A stretch of 64,000 bases of DNA from an uncultured Clostridia bacterium (GTDB taxonomy: Bacteria; Bacillota; Clostridia; Tissierellales; DATGTQ01). This document shows positions 20,429 to 29,430 of the stretch, one piece after another. The position numbers and the translations under genes were made by a program. The DNA lies in contig CAYUTQ010000005.1 of assembly GCA_964447805.1 (NCBI GenBank), positions 8,398 to 72,397 of the forward strand, written 5' to 3'. Position 1 is the first letter of the stretch; each line of letters starts with the position of its first letter. Under the pieces are notes generated by a model, which ran no database searches, was not told the DNA's origin, and saw only the letters and a program-made list of their open reading frames with translations.

Positions 20429-20985
20429 AAAAGGATTATTATACAGATATATTACAAGATAGGGTAAATGTCCCAAATTACATGATTGAGAATTTGTTTA
20501 TATATTCAAAGCTTCAAAATCAAACATTTCATTTGGAATTAGAAACATGTGATTTAAAGAAAATTTTAGTTAATACAATTTTTCAATACTATGAAGAATT
20601 TCAAAAAGAAAACATTGATTTATCAATTGAATTTAATGAAGATGAAGATTATTATATTGTTTCAAATGAAACAGCTTTGATTAGAATTATACAAAATAGC
20701 ATTAAAAATATTTTAGAACATGCTAAAGATAGTGCGGTAATAACAATGTCAAAAGTAAACAATGAAATTACAATAGAATTTAAAAATAAATTTGACAGCA
20801 ATGATAAGGTTGATCCAAATAGGATTTTTGACTTGTTTTATAAAAGTGATTCAGCAAGAAGTAAAAGTTCTAGTGGCATAGGGTTAACTGTTGTAGAAGA
20901 ATTAGTTAGACAAATTAATGGAGATATCAAATGTGAAATAAATGGGGCTGAGTTTAGTTTGATACTAACATTTTTGGCTAAATAA
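20086..20985 (+). CDS. Histidine kinase, single N-terminal TM
   Basis: SHDIRTPLTS H-box, RIIQNSIKN, FYKSDSARS..SGIGL; AGGAG before ATG 20086. Confidence 0.9.
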   Translation: MKFALIIIIIILFIAILYLYNYWKQVRSIAEQLKFIISHDTNKIIFCNMKDKEINKLAREINELINQSKGLKKEYVNKDIYLKNTLTSLSHDIRTPLTSLDGYIQLLKVSDDLNKKDYYTDILQDRVNVPNYMIENLFIYSKLQNQTFHLELETCDLKKILVNTIFQYYEEFQKENIDLSIEFNEDEDYYIVSNETALIRIIQNSIKNILEHAKDSAVITMSKVNNEITIEFKNKFDSNDKVDPNRIFDLFYKSDSARSKSSSGIGLTVVEELVRQINGDIKCEINGAEFSLILTFLAK

Positions 20986-21059
20986 TAGGAAAATTAAATT
21001 ATATTAAATGTTATAATATTAATTAATATATAATTTATGTGGAAGGAGATATAGATATA

Positions 21060-21563
21060 ATGAAAAAAGCAGAAGTAAGTAATTTTAAAAGTTGTTTAAA
21101 GCCAACTGTGGATATTTTGGTTTCTTGTAAAGGGAAAAATGGAGAAGTTAATGCATTAGCTGTTGGATATGCTGGTAATTGTAGTTATGATCCTCCAATG
21201 GTTATGGTTGGAATTGTACCTAGCAGATATTCTCATCATATGATTAAAGAAACTGGAGAATTTGTTGTAAATCTTGTACCAGAAAATCTAAGAGAAAAAT
21301 ATGCTTATCTAGGTAGTACTAGTAGAAAAGATGAAGATAAGCTTACTACAGTAGAAATGAAATATGAAAAAGGTGTAAAAGTGAATGCACCAATACTTTT
21401 AGATTGTCCAGTCAATATTGAATGTACAGTAGTTGACTCTATAATGACCGGTTCTCATGAAATGTTTGTTGGAAAGGTTGAATATATTCATGCAGATGAA
21501 AATCTAGTAGACAATAAAGGTAACATTGATTATTCTAGAATTGATTTATTAAAGTTTAGATAA
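21060..21563 (+). CDS. Flavin reductase-like FMN-binding protein
   Basis: PPMVMVGIVPSRYSHHMIKETGEFVVN, APILLDCPVNIEC, GSHEMFVG. Confidence 0.9.
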   Translation: MKKAEVSNFKSCLKPTVDILVSCKGKNGEVNALAVGYAGNCSYDPPMVMVGIVPSRYSHHMIKETGEFVVNLVPENLREKYAYLGSTSRKDEDKLTTVEMKYEKGVKVNAPILLDCPVNIECTVVDSIMTGSHEMFVGKVEYIHADENLVDNKGNIDYSRIDLLKFR

Positions 21564-21661
21564 AATTGAATTGATTTTTACCAAACAGCAGGAATCATAT
21601 CTTCTGTTTGGCATAAATTAAATTTTTATTTATCAAATATATTTTGTAGAACTAAATATGT

Positions 21662-21686
21662 AGGGGCGGTCTTTGACCGCCCTTTT
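21662..21686. terminator. Bidirectional terminator
   Basis: GGGCGGTC-TTT-GACCGCCC then T run; between convergent genes. Confidence 0.85.
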
Positions 21687-21689
21687 ATA

Positions 21690-24613
21690 TTACTTTTTCA
21701 ATTTAACAATATTATTAAATACTTCTTCATTTTCCTTTATCTTATTTTCATTACCCAATACACATAGATAATCTTGTTTCATTGTATTTTCAAGAATAAG
21801 TGAAAGGTCTCTTATGTTTTCAAGTTTTGTGCTTAGCACTTCATCTCTTGTTCTTTGTATTTCATCTTGACTAATATTTGAAATATATCTTATTGTTGCA
21901 ATTTGTCCCTTCATGTGAGGAGTCAAAGCTGGATCTAGACGACTCATGGTTCCTATTATGAATGTTGTCAAATCAGATTCATCTAGGTTTAAGTTTTTAA
22001 TATAATCTGCCATACTATCATAAGTATTTATAGTTTCTTTTAGATTAGGGTCCCTATAGGAGTACGTAACTACATGACCTGTAGTATCAAAGGATATACC
22101 TGCACCGTAAGCTCCCCCTCGTGCTCTAATTCTATTGTGAAGGTAATCCCCATTTAATATAGTAGCTAGAACTAACATACTACCATTGTAGTCATATCCA
22201 AGCTTTTTAAAATTATAGCCTTTAGATACATATTGGACATTGCCAGATGAAAATATTCCTTCATTCAATTTTTCTTCAGAAAAACTAAATTTCTTACTTT
22301 CTATTTTTTCTGTATTGAGTGATTTTGTTACAACTTTTAGATTGTCTTTAATAATGGAGAAGTCTTCCTTATCTCCCGTGAAGGATACAATTAAATTATT
22401 AATATTAAATATCTTTTTGTAAACTGAATTGAGATTGGACATGATTTCTTCACTATTTTCATCAAAGTTTTCTAGTATATCTGAAAGAAACCAATAGAAA
22501 TCTAGTCCATTTACTTTATCCATATATCTCATAGTAGGTGAGAAATAGGAACCAACTCTTACAGATGCTATAGAATGACCCATATCATATATAACCATTT
22601 CTATTCTTGATTTAAGTTGTTGAAGCAATTCTTTAACTCGTTTTTTGTCTTCTAATTTAGTTTCTGTAATCAATGTATTTGTAAGTTCTAATAATTTAAC
22701 TATATTATCTCCTATAGCTTTGCCATTGATGTTAAACTTAGGATGGAAAACTTCGTTACACCCATTTTCTCCATATGCATTGACATTAAAATTAATTCCA
22801 CCAGTATTTACATATATTTCATTTGAGAGATCTGAATAAGTCATATTCTTTGTATCCATTTTTCCTAGAAGCCAAGTCAATATATTTGCATATGGAATTA
22901 ATTCATCATCAAGCGTGCTTATATCAAAATAAAAGTCTACATAGGCAATCTTACTAGTAAAAATATCATGATAAAGTATAGTATAGTTATCTTTTTTGAT
23001 TATATTTTGAGGAATAACTAAAGCTTTAGGCTCTACATCAGCTAAAGATAGCCTTGGAATTGTAGCTTTAGCTTCTTCAGTATCATCAGACAATTGAATT
23101 GTTTTAAGTTTTTCATTTTGTGCAATTAAATTATTAATGTCATCTTCAGCAAGGGATTGTTTATAAGCAGCTAACTTTTTCTTTGTTTCATTAATTTTTT
23201 CTTCTCCCAATCCTTTTTTAGGTTCTATAATGACCATAGAACTATGGGAGTTATTAATTATTCTCTCTTCAATGAATTTTTCAAAGTAACCATTATTAAT
23301 ATTATTTCTAAGTTTTTTTATGGTTTCATCATATTGTAGATGAGTTGTAGGGCTACTATCATACAACCAGCTATCCAAGGACTGTATATTATATATATAA
23401 GTCCTTTAGTTGGGAATTTTCCAGCTTCTCTTAGATTGTATTCAACTATATTTATGCAAGCTTCTATTAGTTTTTTATCGATACCTTCTTTAACTAATTT
23501 GTTTAGAGTATCATAAACTATTTTTTCAAATTCATCTTTTTTGTCTATTGATGTATTTTTTGCAACAATGCCAAACCCTAGCTGTATACTATCTGTTACC
23601 ATAGGCAATATATCTTCTCCTATTCCACCGTTGATTAATGCTATTTTAAGTGGAGCAGCTTGAGATTCTATTAATAATTGACTTAATATACTACTCATTA
23701 AATAAGTTTCTGGATCTGTTTTTTCCCCCAATACAAAGTTTAAGCTTAAATAAGTACGGTTTTCTGCACTTTCATCTATTGATATAGGGTAGTAATCCAT
23801 TAATTCATTTCTAGATGTAAAAGGTTTTTGAACATCAATATGAGAATCTACTTCTATTTTATCAAATTTGGATAGATAGTTTTCATCTATAAATTTAAGA
23901 TGTTTTTGTATATCTCCATTGCCATATAAGTATATATAGCTATTTGATGGATGATAGAATTTTTTATGAAAATCCAAAAAAGATTTATAACTAAGTTCTG
24001 GAATAACATCAGGATTGCCACCAGAGGAATATTGATAACAAGTATTTGGATAGAGGGATTTGCTTATATTTTCTTCTAGAATTGTTTCAGGAGATGAATA
24101 GGCTCCTTTCATTTCATTATATACAACACCTTTATACTCTATATCATCTTCATTATTAAATAATTCATAATGCCAACCTTCTTGCATAAATATTTCTGGT
24201 ATTTCATATATACTAGGATAAAAAACTGCATCTAAATAGACATCCATGAGATTTAAAAAGTCTTTTTCATTTCTACTAGCTATGGGAAATATCGTCTTAT
24301 CACTAAAGGTCATGGCATTAATAAATGTTTGTAATGATCCCTTTAACATATCCATAAAAGGTTCTTTAGTTGTGTATTTTCTAGAACCAGATAGAACACA
24401 ATGCTCTATTATATGTGGAACCCCAGTACTATCTGATGGAGGTGTTCTAAATCCAATGGAAAATACTTTATTGTCATCATCATTTTCTAGATGTAGCAAT
24501 TTTGCACCTGATTTTTCGTGTTGAAATATTCTTGCAATTGATTGTATTTCTTTTACTTCATACTCATCTACTAAATTAAATCCAAAATAATTTTTACCAA
24601 TTTTAAAAGTCAA
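21690..24613 (-). pseudogene. Insulinase-family (M16C, PreP-like) metallopeptidase, frameshifted by a 2-nt insertion
   Basis: HIIEH zinc motif, INAMTFSDKT, GVVYNEMKGA, IRARGGAYG; 2,924 nt is 974 codons plus 2 nt; shift in the (AT)4 tract at 23391-23398. Confidence 0.9.
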
Positions 24614-24767
24614 ATTAAGACCCCCTTTAATATAAATTGTGTAATAATCACTATTATAACATATATGACAGGGTACAGTTTTATAAATTCAGGACAAGCA
24701 TACTAGTAGTTATCAAAAGCTTACAATGTGCTATAATATTTGTTATAAATAATAAATAGGTGAAATT

Positions 24768-24917
24768 ATGAATAACAAAAAATTAATAATCATTAGATAT
24801 TTTATATTGGCCACTTTGATATTTAGCATTGTAGGATATAAAGAAAATGTAGATGTTTATAATGTTATTTCAGTACTTAATTTTTCGCAATGTTTTACCA
24901 AAAGAAATAAGATTTAA
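24768..24917 (+). pseudogene. 49-aa ORF, probably a decayed lipoprotein gene
   Basis: MNNKKLIIIRYFILATLIFSIVGYKEN...; RBS AGGTGA; extended -10 TGCTATAAT upstream; IVGY is one base from the lipobox IVGC. Confidence 0.4.
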
Positions 24918-24965
24918 ATCCATAAAAACACTTCCTATAAAATATACGTAAATAATGTAAACAAA

Positions 24966-25013
24966 AACCTACTTTAAAGTAGGTTGAATTATATACATTT
25001 ATTGTATATAATT
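24966..25013 (+). promoter_or_regulatory. Sigma-A promoter with two adjacent palindromes
   Basis: TTGAAT(24984)-N17-TATAAT(25007); perfect 20-bp palindrome AACCTACTTTAAAGTAGGTT (24966-24985); 11-bp IR AATTATATACA-N5-TGTATATAATT (24987-25013). Confidence 0.75.
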
Positions 25014-25047
25014 ACAAACAATAGAACAAGCAGGGTGATGTTGAAAA

Positions 25048-25191
25048 ATGAAGAAGAAACTGTTAGTACTGATAGCGTTATTTACAATGACATTAGGGGT
25101 TGTGTTAAACCGTGGACAACCTGTTAAGTATGTGGTTCAGGATGATGGAGAAATTGAATGGAATAGTTACATTGAAGGAGAACTATTATAG
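25048..25191 (+). CDS. 47-aa secreted-type small peptide (not in the ORF track)
   Basis: MKKKLLVLIALFTMTLGVVLNRGQPVKYVVQDDGEIEWNSYIEGELL; RBS AGGGTGA; its own promoter; basic N-terminus, hydrophobic core, acidic tail. Confidence 0.7.
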   Translation: MKKKLLVLIALFTMTLGVVLNRGQPVKYVVQDDGEIEWNSYIEGELL

Positions 25192-25215
25192 TATAGAATA
25201 TCAGATTTATTTTTA

Positions 25216-26175
25216 ATTAATTATGTTAATATAATATTTTAGGCACGATTTTCCGAACGCTATAAAATGTAGTTAAGAAAGAAGTGTCTAAAGTGGTAAA
25301 AAGAGATATACAGAAGAACATAAGAGTTTGGCTGTAGAACTTTATAATGCTAGTAAATTCCTAAAAAATGTTAGCGCCGAATATGGCTTATCTAAATTCA
25401 CAATATTAATATGGGTAAAAAAGCTGATTCTATAGCAATCAATAAAAATGAAGTAATTACTCAGGCTGATTATGAGGTTTTATTAAAGAAAATAGCTAGA
25501 GTAGAAGGGAAAAATGAAATACTAAAAAAGCAATGGTCATATTTACATAGTATTTAAGAAGTTTAAATCTTTTATTTTAAAAAGCAGGGTAGAAAGTAGA
25601 GAAAATATAATAAATAGAGATTTCTCTAATACTGACATTAACCAAAATAGGTAACTGATATTATCTATATTCATGACATTAAAGATGGTTGGTGTATCTA
25701 GTTTCTGATATGGATCTTAACAGCAGAAAGGTAATTAGAGGTCTCCATGTCTAAGAATATGTATACTAAATTAACTATTAAAGCAGTAAAAAAATATTTA
25801 TAAATTTCATAAACCTAATGAAAACTTAATATCTCATAGTGATTTAGAAAGTCAATATACAAGTTGTGAATTTGAAGAATGTATTAAAAAGCTTAGAATA
25901 ACCTATTCCTTTAGTGGTAAGGGCAATTCTTATGATAATGTTTGTATCGAATCCTTCCATTCTGTATTAAAAACGGAAGAGGTTAATTTAGTTAAATATT
26001 TCGATTTTGATGCTACAAGATTTTCAATATTTGAATACATTGAATCATGGTACAACAGAGAAAGAATACACAGCTCTTTGGGCTATATTAGCCCCCAAGA
26101 GTGGGAAGATAATACTAAGAGAGGATCATAAAAAAGCATTCGAAAAGATATATCTATTTTATTGACATAAGTCCA
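25216..26175 (+). mobile_element. Degenerate IS3/IS150-family element
   Basis: orfA remnant GKKRYTEEHKSLAVELY...EYGLS...EILKK; rve remnant HSDLESQYTS...KGNSYDNVCIESFHSVLK...WYNRERIHSSLGY; right end ...ATTGACATAAGTCCA; left-end core TTATGTTAATATAATA matches 14/16. Confidence 0.9.
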
Positions 26176-26198
26176 TTATATGCAAAAGATTGGAGGGG

Positions 26199-26735
26199 AT
26201 GAAGATAAAAATAATAAGTAAATTTACTCATAAACCAGATATAACAACTCAATGTAGATTAAATTCTATTGCTGATATATTCCAATATAATGGAATAAAA
26301 TTAAGTGAAGAAATGTGTTTTGGTTTAGGTGAAGCTTTAACTTTTGAGTACTGGTTAGATACAAGCAGTAAATTTCCTACAATCATAATAAATGGATTTG
26401 ATTTTAATATGGAAAATAGGTTATTTAATAAATTTAACGTTAAAAGAATAATTCATTATAATAGTAAAATAGATAATGAAGATATAATTAACTGTATAAA
26501 TAAAAATGATTTAGTAATGGTAGATTTAGATAGATATTATCTAGAGTATCTTGATATAACGAAGGCACACTTTGGATTTCATTCAGTAATTATAATAGGG
26601 TATAAAATTGAAAATAAAATTTTATATTGGGGAATTATTGATGGATTTAAAAAAGAATTGATATGGTATCCAGATAAAAAATTACGTATTGCAAGAGATT
26701 CAACTTGTGGAATTTTAAAATCTAATAAGCTGTGA
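26199..26735 (+). pseudogene. BtrH N-terminal-like (papain-fold) protein, truncated
   Basis: TQCRLNSIAD..G..LSEEMCFGLG, DRYYLEY, HFGFHSVIIIGY, IIDG; ends at TGA just before the IS630 remnant; RBS GGAGGGG before ATG 26199. Confidence 0.75.
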
Positions 26736-26842
26736 CTGCTAGTATTTATAATACAAGCAGCAATCCTTAAAGATTAATAAAGGTGGTAACAAGCTAATTT
26801 TACTTATTATATTAATATAGATAAACAAGTTTAAAAATCAAA

Positions 26843-27369
26843 CTATTTATAATAATATCTAGCATTAACAAGAGATTTAGTTTCAGCTTTATTAGAGTTG
26901 GCATAATTAAAATAATCTGAAATGAAATCTTTAATTTCATCAATTGTGGTTTTTGCTTTATATTCATAGGAATAGGATTTTAATTTATTCCATATATTTT
27001 CTTGTAAATTCAACATTGGTGAATAAGATAGAAGATTTTAAATAAATAATTTCTCCTCATGCTGGCTAATAAATTCTTGAACAGCTTTTGAAGCGTGAAC
27101 TCTAGCATTATCCCAAATCATGAACACTCTTTTATTCTTGTTTATGTTTAGTAGTTTTTTAAAAAATTTAATAATTGCGTTAGAAGTAATTCTCTCATCG
27201 GAAGAGTACACATTTACAATTGAATCAAAGTTTTTGCTAATCTCAGCAGCACTGATGATATTAACGCTTTTACGGCTACCATTTCTTTCTATTGCAGGGG
27301 GTTTCCTATGGAACTCCAACTGCGATAGTTATTGGATCCTACTTTGATTTTGGTTTTATCTTGAATATA
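26843..27369 (-). mobile_element. IS630-family transposase remnant (3' half only)
   Basis: YIQDKT..RSWS, 1-nt frameshift, PPAIERNG, IWDNARVHASK, in-frame TAA, then LLSYSPMLNLQENIWNKLK (degenerate LPxYSPxLNPxExxW). Confidence 0.88.
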
Positions 27370-27370
27370 T

Positions 27371-27577
27371 AAATATGGACAAATTCCTATAGCATTTGTA
27401 AAAGTACTTAAAAAAAATATAACAAATGAAAATGATATTTTAATGTATTGCTTTAAAAGACTTTCAAACTATAAATGTCCACAAAAAGTTATATTTGTAG
27501 ATGACATACCTAAAAATGTTATGGGTAAAGTAGATAAAAAACAGTTGTTTGAATCTTATAAGTTTAAATTAATTTAA
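27371..27577 (+). pseudogene. C-terminal stub of an AMP-dependent synthetase/ligase
   Basis: KYGQIPIAFV...CFKRLSNYKCPQKVIFVDDIPKNVMGKVDKKQL matches the AMP-binding C-terminal (A10 PxxxxGK) pattern; no start codon, abuts the IS630 remnant. Confidence 0.85.
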
Positions 27578-27684
27578 GTATATAACATTTTCATGAACAT
27601 ATGACAATTAATTATAATAATATTAATTTCTAATATACTCAAACACTGTTGTAGATTAAATATTATAAAAAATGGGGGATTTAT

Positions 27685-28953
27685 ATGAATATAAAACTAC
27701 TGAAACAAAAAGACTTTTTTCTACTCATAATGGGGGAGACAGTGTCGCTTATAGGAACAATAATGCAAAATTTTGCATTATCATTATATGTACTTGCAAT
27801 AACACATTCAACTGTTAAATTTGCTTCAGTAACAGCTATAACAATATTCCCTAAACTTATTTTAGGTCCATTTTCAGGGGTCATTGCAGATAGATTTAAT
27901 AGGAAGAAAATTATTGTAGGAACTGATTTAATAAATGGCATTTTAATGGGGATTTATGCTCTGTTATTTTTTATAAATGGACATTTAAGCTTATTGAGTA
28001 TATACATATTAGTTATTTCAATTACAATAACTAATATTATTTTTGAACCTGCAATTCAAACTGTAATTCCTTCAATAGTAGAGAAAGAATCATTAGTTGA
28101 TGCAAATTCAATAGATACATTATTTTCAAGCCTTTCAAATATATTAGCATTAGCTCTTGGTGCAATTTTATATGATAATTTAGGAATAGGTGTTATATTT
28201 ATAATAAATTCTATCAGTTTTATATTATCTGCTATTAGTGAAATTTTTATAAACATACCTAAAAACAATCTAAAAAATGATAAATTAAACTTAAAAATGT
28301 TCTTTTCCGATTTTAAAGAAGGCATCACTTGCATTAAAAATGAAAAATTAATATTTAACATTTTGATTATAATGATTTTCATAAACTTTGCTTTTAATCC
28401 AATCTTTAAAATTGGTTTACCATATATATCAATAAAAGTCTTGGATGGGAATGGAATACAGTACTCTGTTCTACGTATAGCAATAATTTTATCTGGAATA
28501 ACTGCTTCTTTAATCTCATCTAAATTGTGCAAAAAATACACAATAAACAAACTTCTAATTAGAAGTGGTTTAATAATATCACTATGTATGTTTTTGATAT
28601 CTTTTTCTATATCAAAAATTTATTTAAATATTTTTTCAAATACTATAGTACCTTTTATTACGATATTAATTATATGTTTTTTAATGATGCTGATAGCTAC
28701 TTTATGCAATATAGCGGCTGGCACAATAATCCAAGAAACAATTTCATTAGATATGCTTGGAAGAATACAATCAGTAATTATGATGGTATGTACTATAGCT
28801 GTTCCTGCAGGTGAGATGTTCTTTGGATTTATGTTTGATGCTACTAGCCCTGCGATAACAATAGGAATATCTTCATGTATTATATTTGTAACTGTTTTAT
28901 TATCAAGTAAGTATTTTTTAATTTCAAATAATAAACAAAAAATTAAAAATTAA
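27685..28953 (+). CDS. MFS exporter (DHA3/macrolide-efflux-like)
   Basis: 12 hydrophobic segments, GVIADRFNRKKIIV motif A, MLGRIQS. Confidence 0.9.
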   Translation: MNIKLLKQKDFFLLIMGETVSLIGTIMQNFALSLYVLAITHSTVKFASVTAITIFPKLILGPFSGVIADRFNRKKIIVGTDLINGILMGIYALLFFINGHLSLLSIYILVISITITNIIFEPAIQTVIPSIVEKESLVDANSIDTLFSSLSNILALALGAILYDNLGIGVIFIINSISFILSAISEIFINIPKNNLKNDKLNLKMFFSDFKEGITCIKNEKLIFNILIIMIFINFAFNPIFKIGLPYISIKVLDGNGIQYSVLRIAIILSGITASLISSKLCKKYTINKLLIRSGLIISLCMFLISFSISKIYLNIFSNTIVPFITILIICFLMMLIATLCNIAAGTIIQETISLDMLGRIQSVIMMVCTIAVPAGEMFFGFMFDATSPAITIGISSCIIFVTVLLSSKYFLISNNKQKIKN

Positions 28954-29012
28954 CAAATGGTTGGGAGATAAGCGTCAAATCCACTAGAAATGTTTTCTAT
29001 GAGACAATACCC

Positions 29013-29429
29013 TTAAATATCACTAATAAGAGAGGTTATCTCAAATGAAGGAAGAAGAAAAATTTCTCTACAGTTACTTATAATTTTATTTTTTAACTCT
29101 TTTTGTCCAAATGCTTCACATAAAACTATGGATGTTTCAAGCGATTTCTTATATTCTATTTTATTCAATTTATATTCAGCAATTCCTTTCCCATAGTATA
29201 GAATACTTAATCCATTAAAATTTCCTATTTCTTGACAAGCATCAATTCCCATATTAGAAAACTTCAATGCTTTTTCAAAGTTTTTATTTCTTCTGTAAAC
29301 TCCAGCTAAGTTGTGACACAGTTTAGGATACATTTCATCATTAGAATCTACTGAGTTTATACAAAATTCCATTATTTCTTGATATTTGTCTTTATGTCCT
29401 AATCCGTTTAATACAAAAGCTATATTCAT
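29013..29429 (-). pseudogene. C-terminal TPR half of a probable XRE-TPR (RRNPP-like) regulator, 5' part missing
   Basis: Helical repeats KLCHNLAGVYRRNKNFEKALKFSNMGI and LSILYYGKGIAEYKL; sequence is cut at the repeat junction (29430); no RBS. Confidence 0.65.
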
Positions 29430-29430
29430 A

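Noticed and set aside
25048-25191. Peptide as an AgrD cyclic autoinducer for the LytTR/GHKL pair
   Set aside because: No ring-forming Cys, no AgrD-type C-terminal motif, no agrB in the window, and 12 kb from the LytTR pair.
25213-26178. TTA target-site duplication around the IS3 remnant
   Set aside because: Present, but the left terminal bases are degenerate (ATTAA rather than TG...) and a 3-bp AT-only match is weak; not used as evidence.
26162-26195. IS3 right-end TTGACA forming a hybrid promoter for the btrH-like gene
   Set aside because: No credible -10 at 16-18 bp spacing (AAAGAT).
26733-26790. Selenocysteine read-through of the btrH-like TGA
   Set aside because: No SECIS-like hairpin follows, the frame closes after 13 codons, and a TGG-to-TGA nonsense change is simpler.
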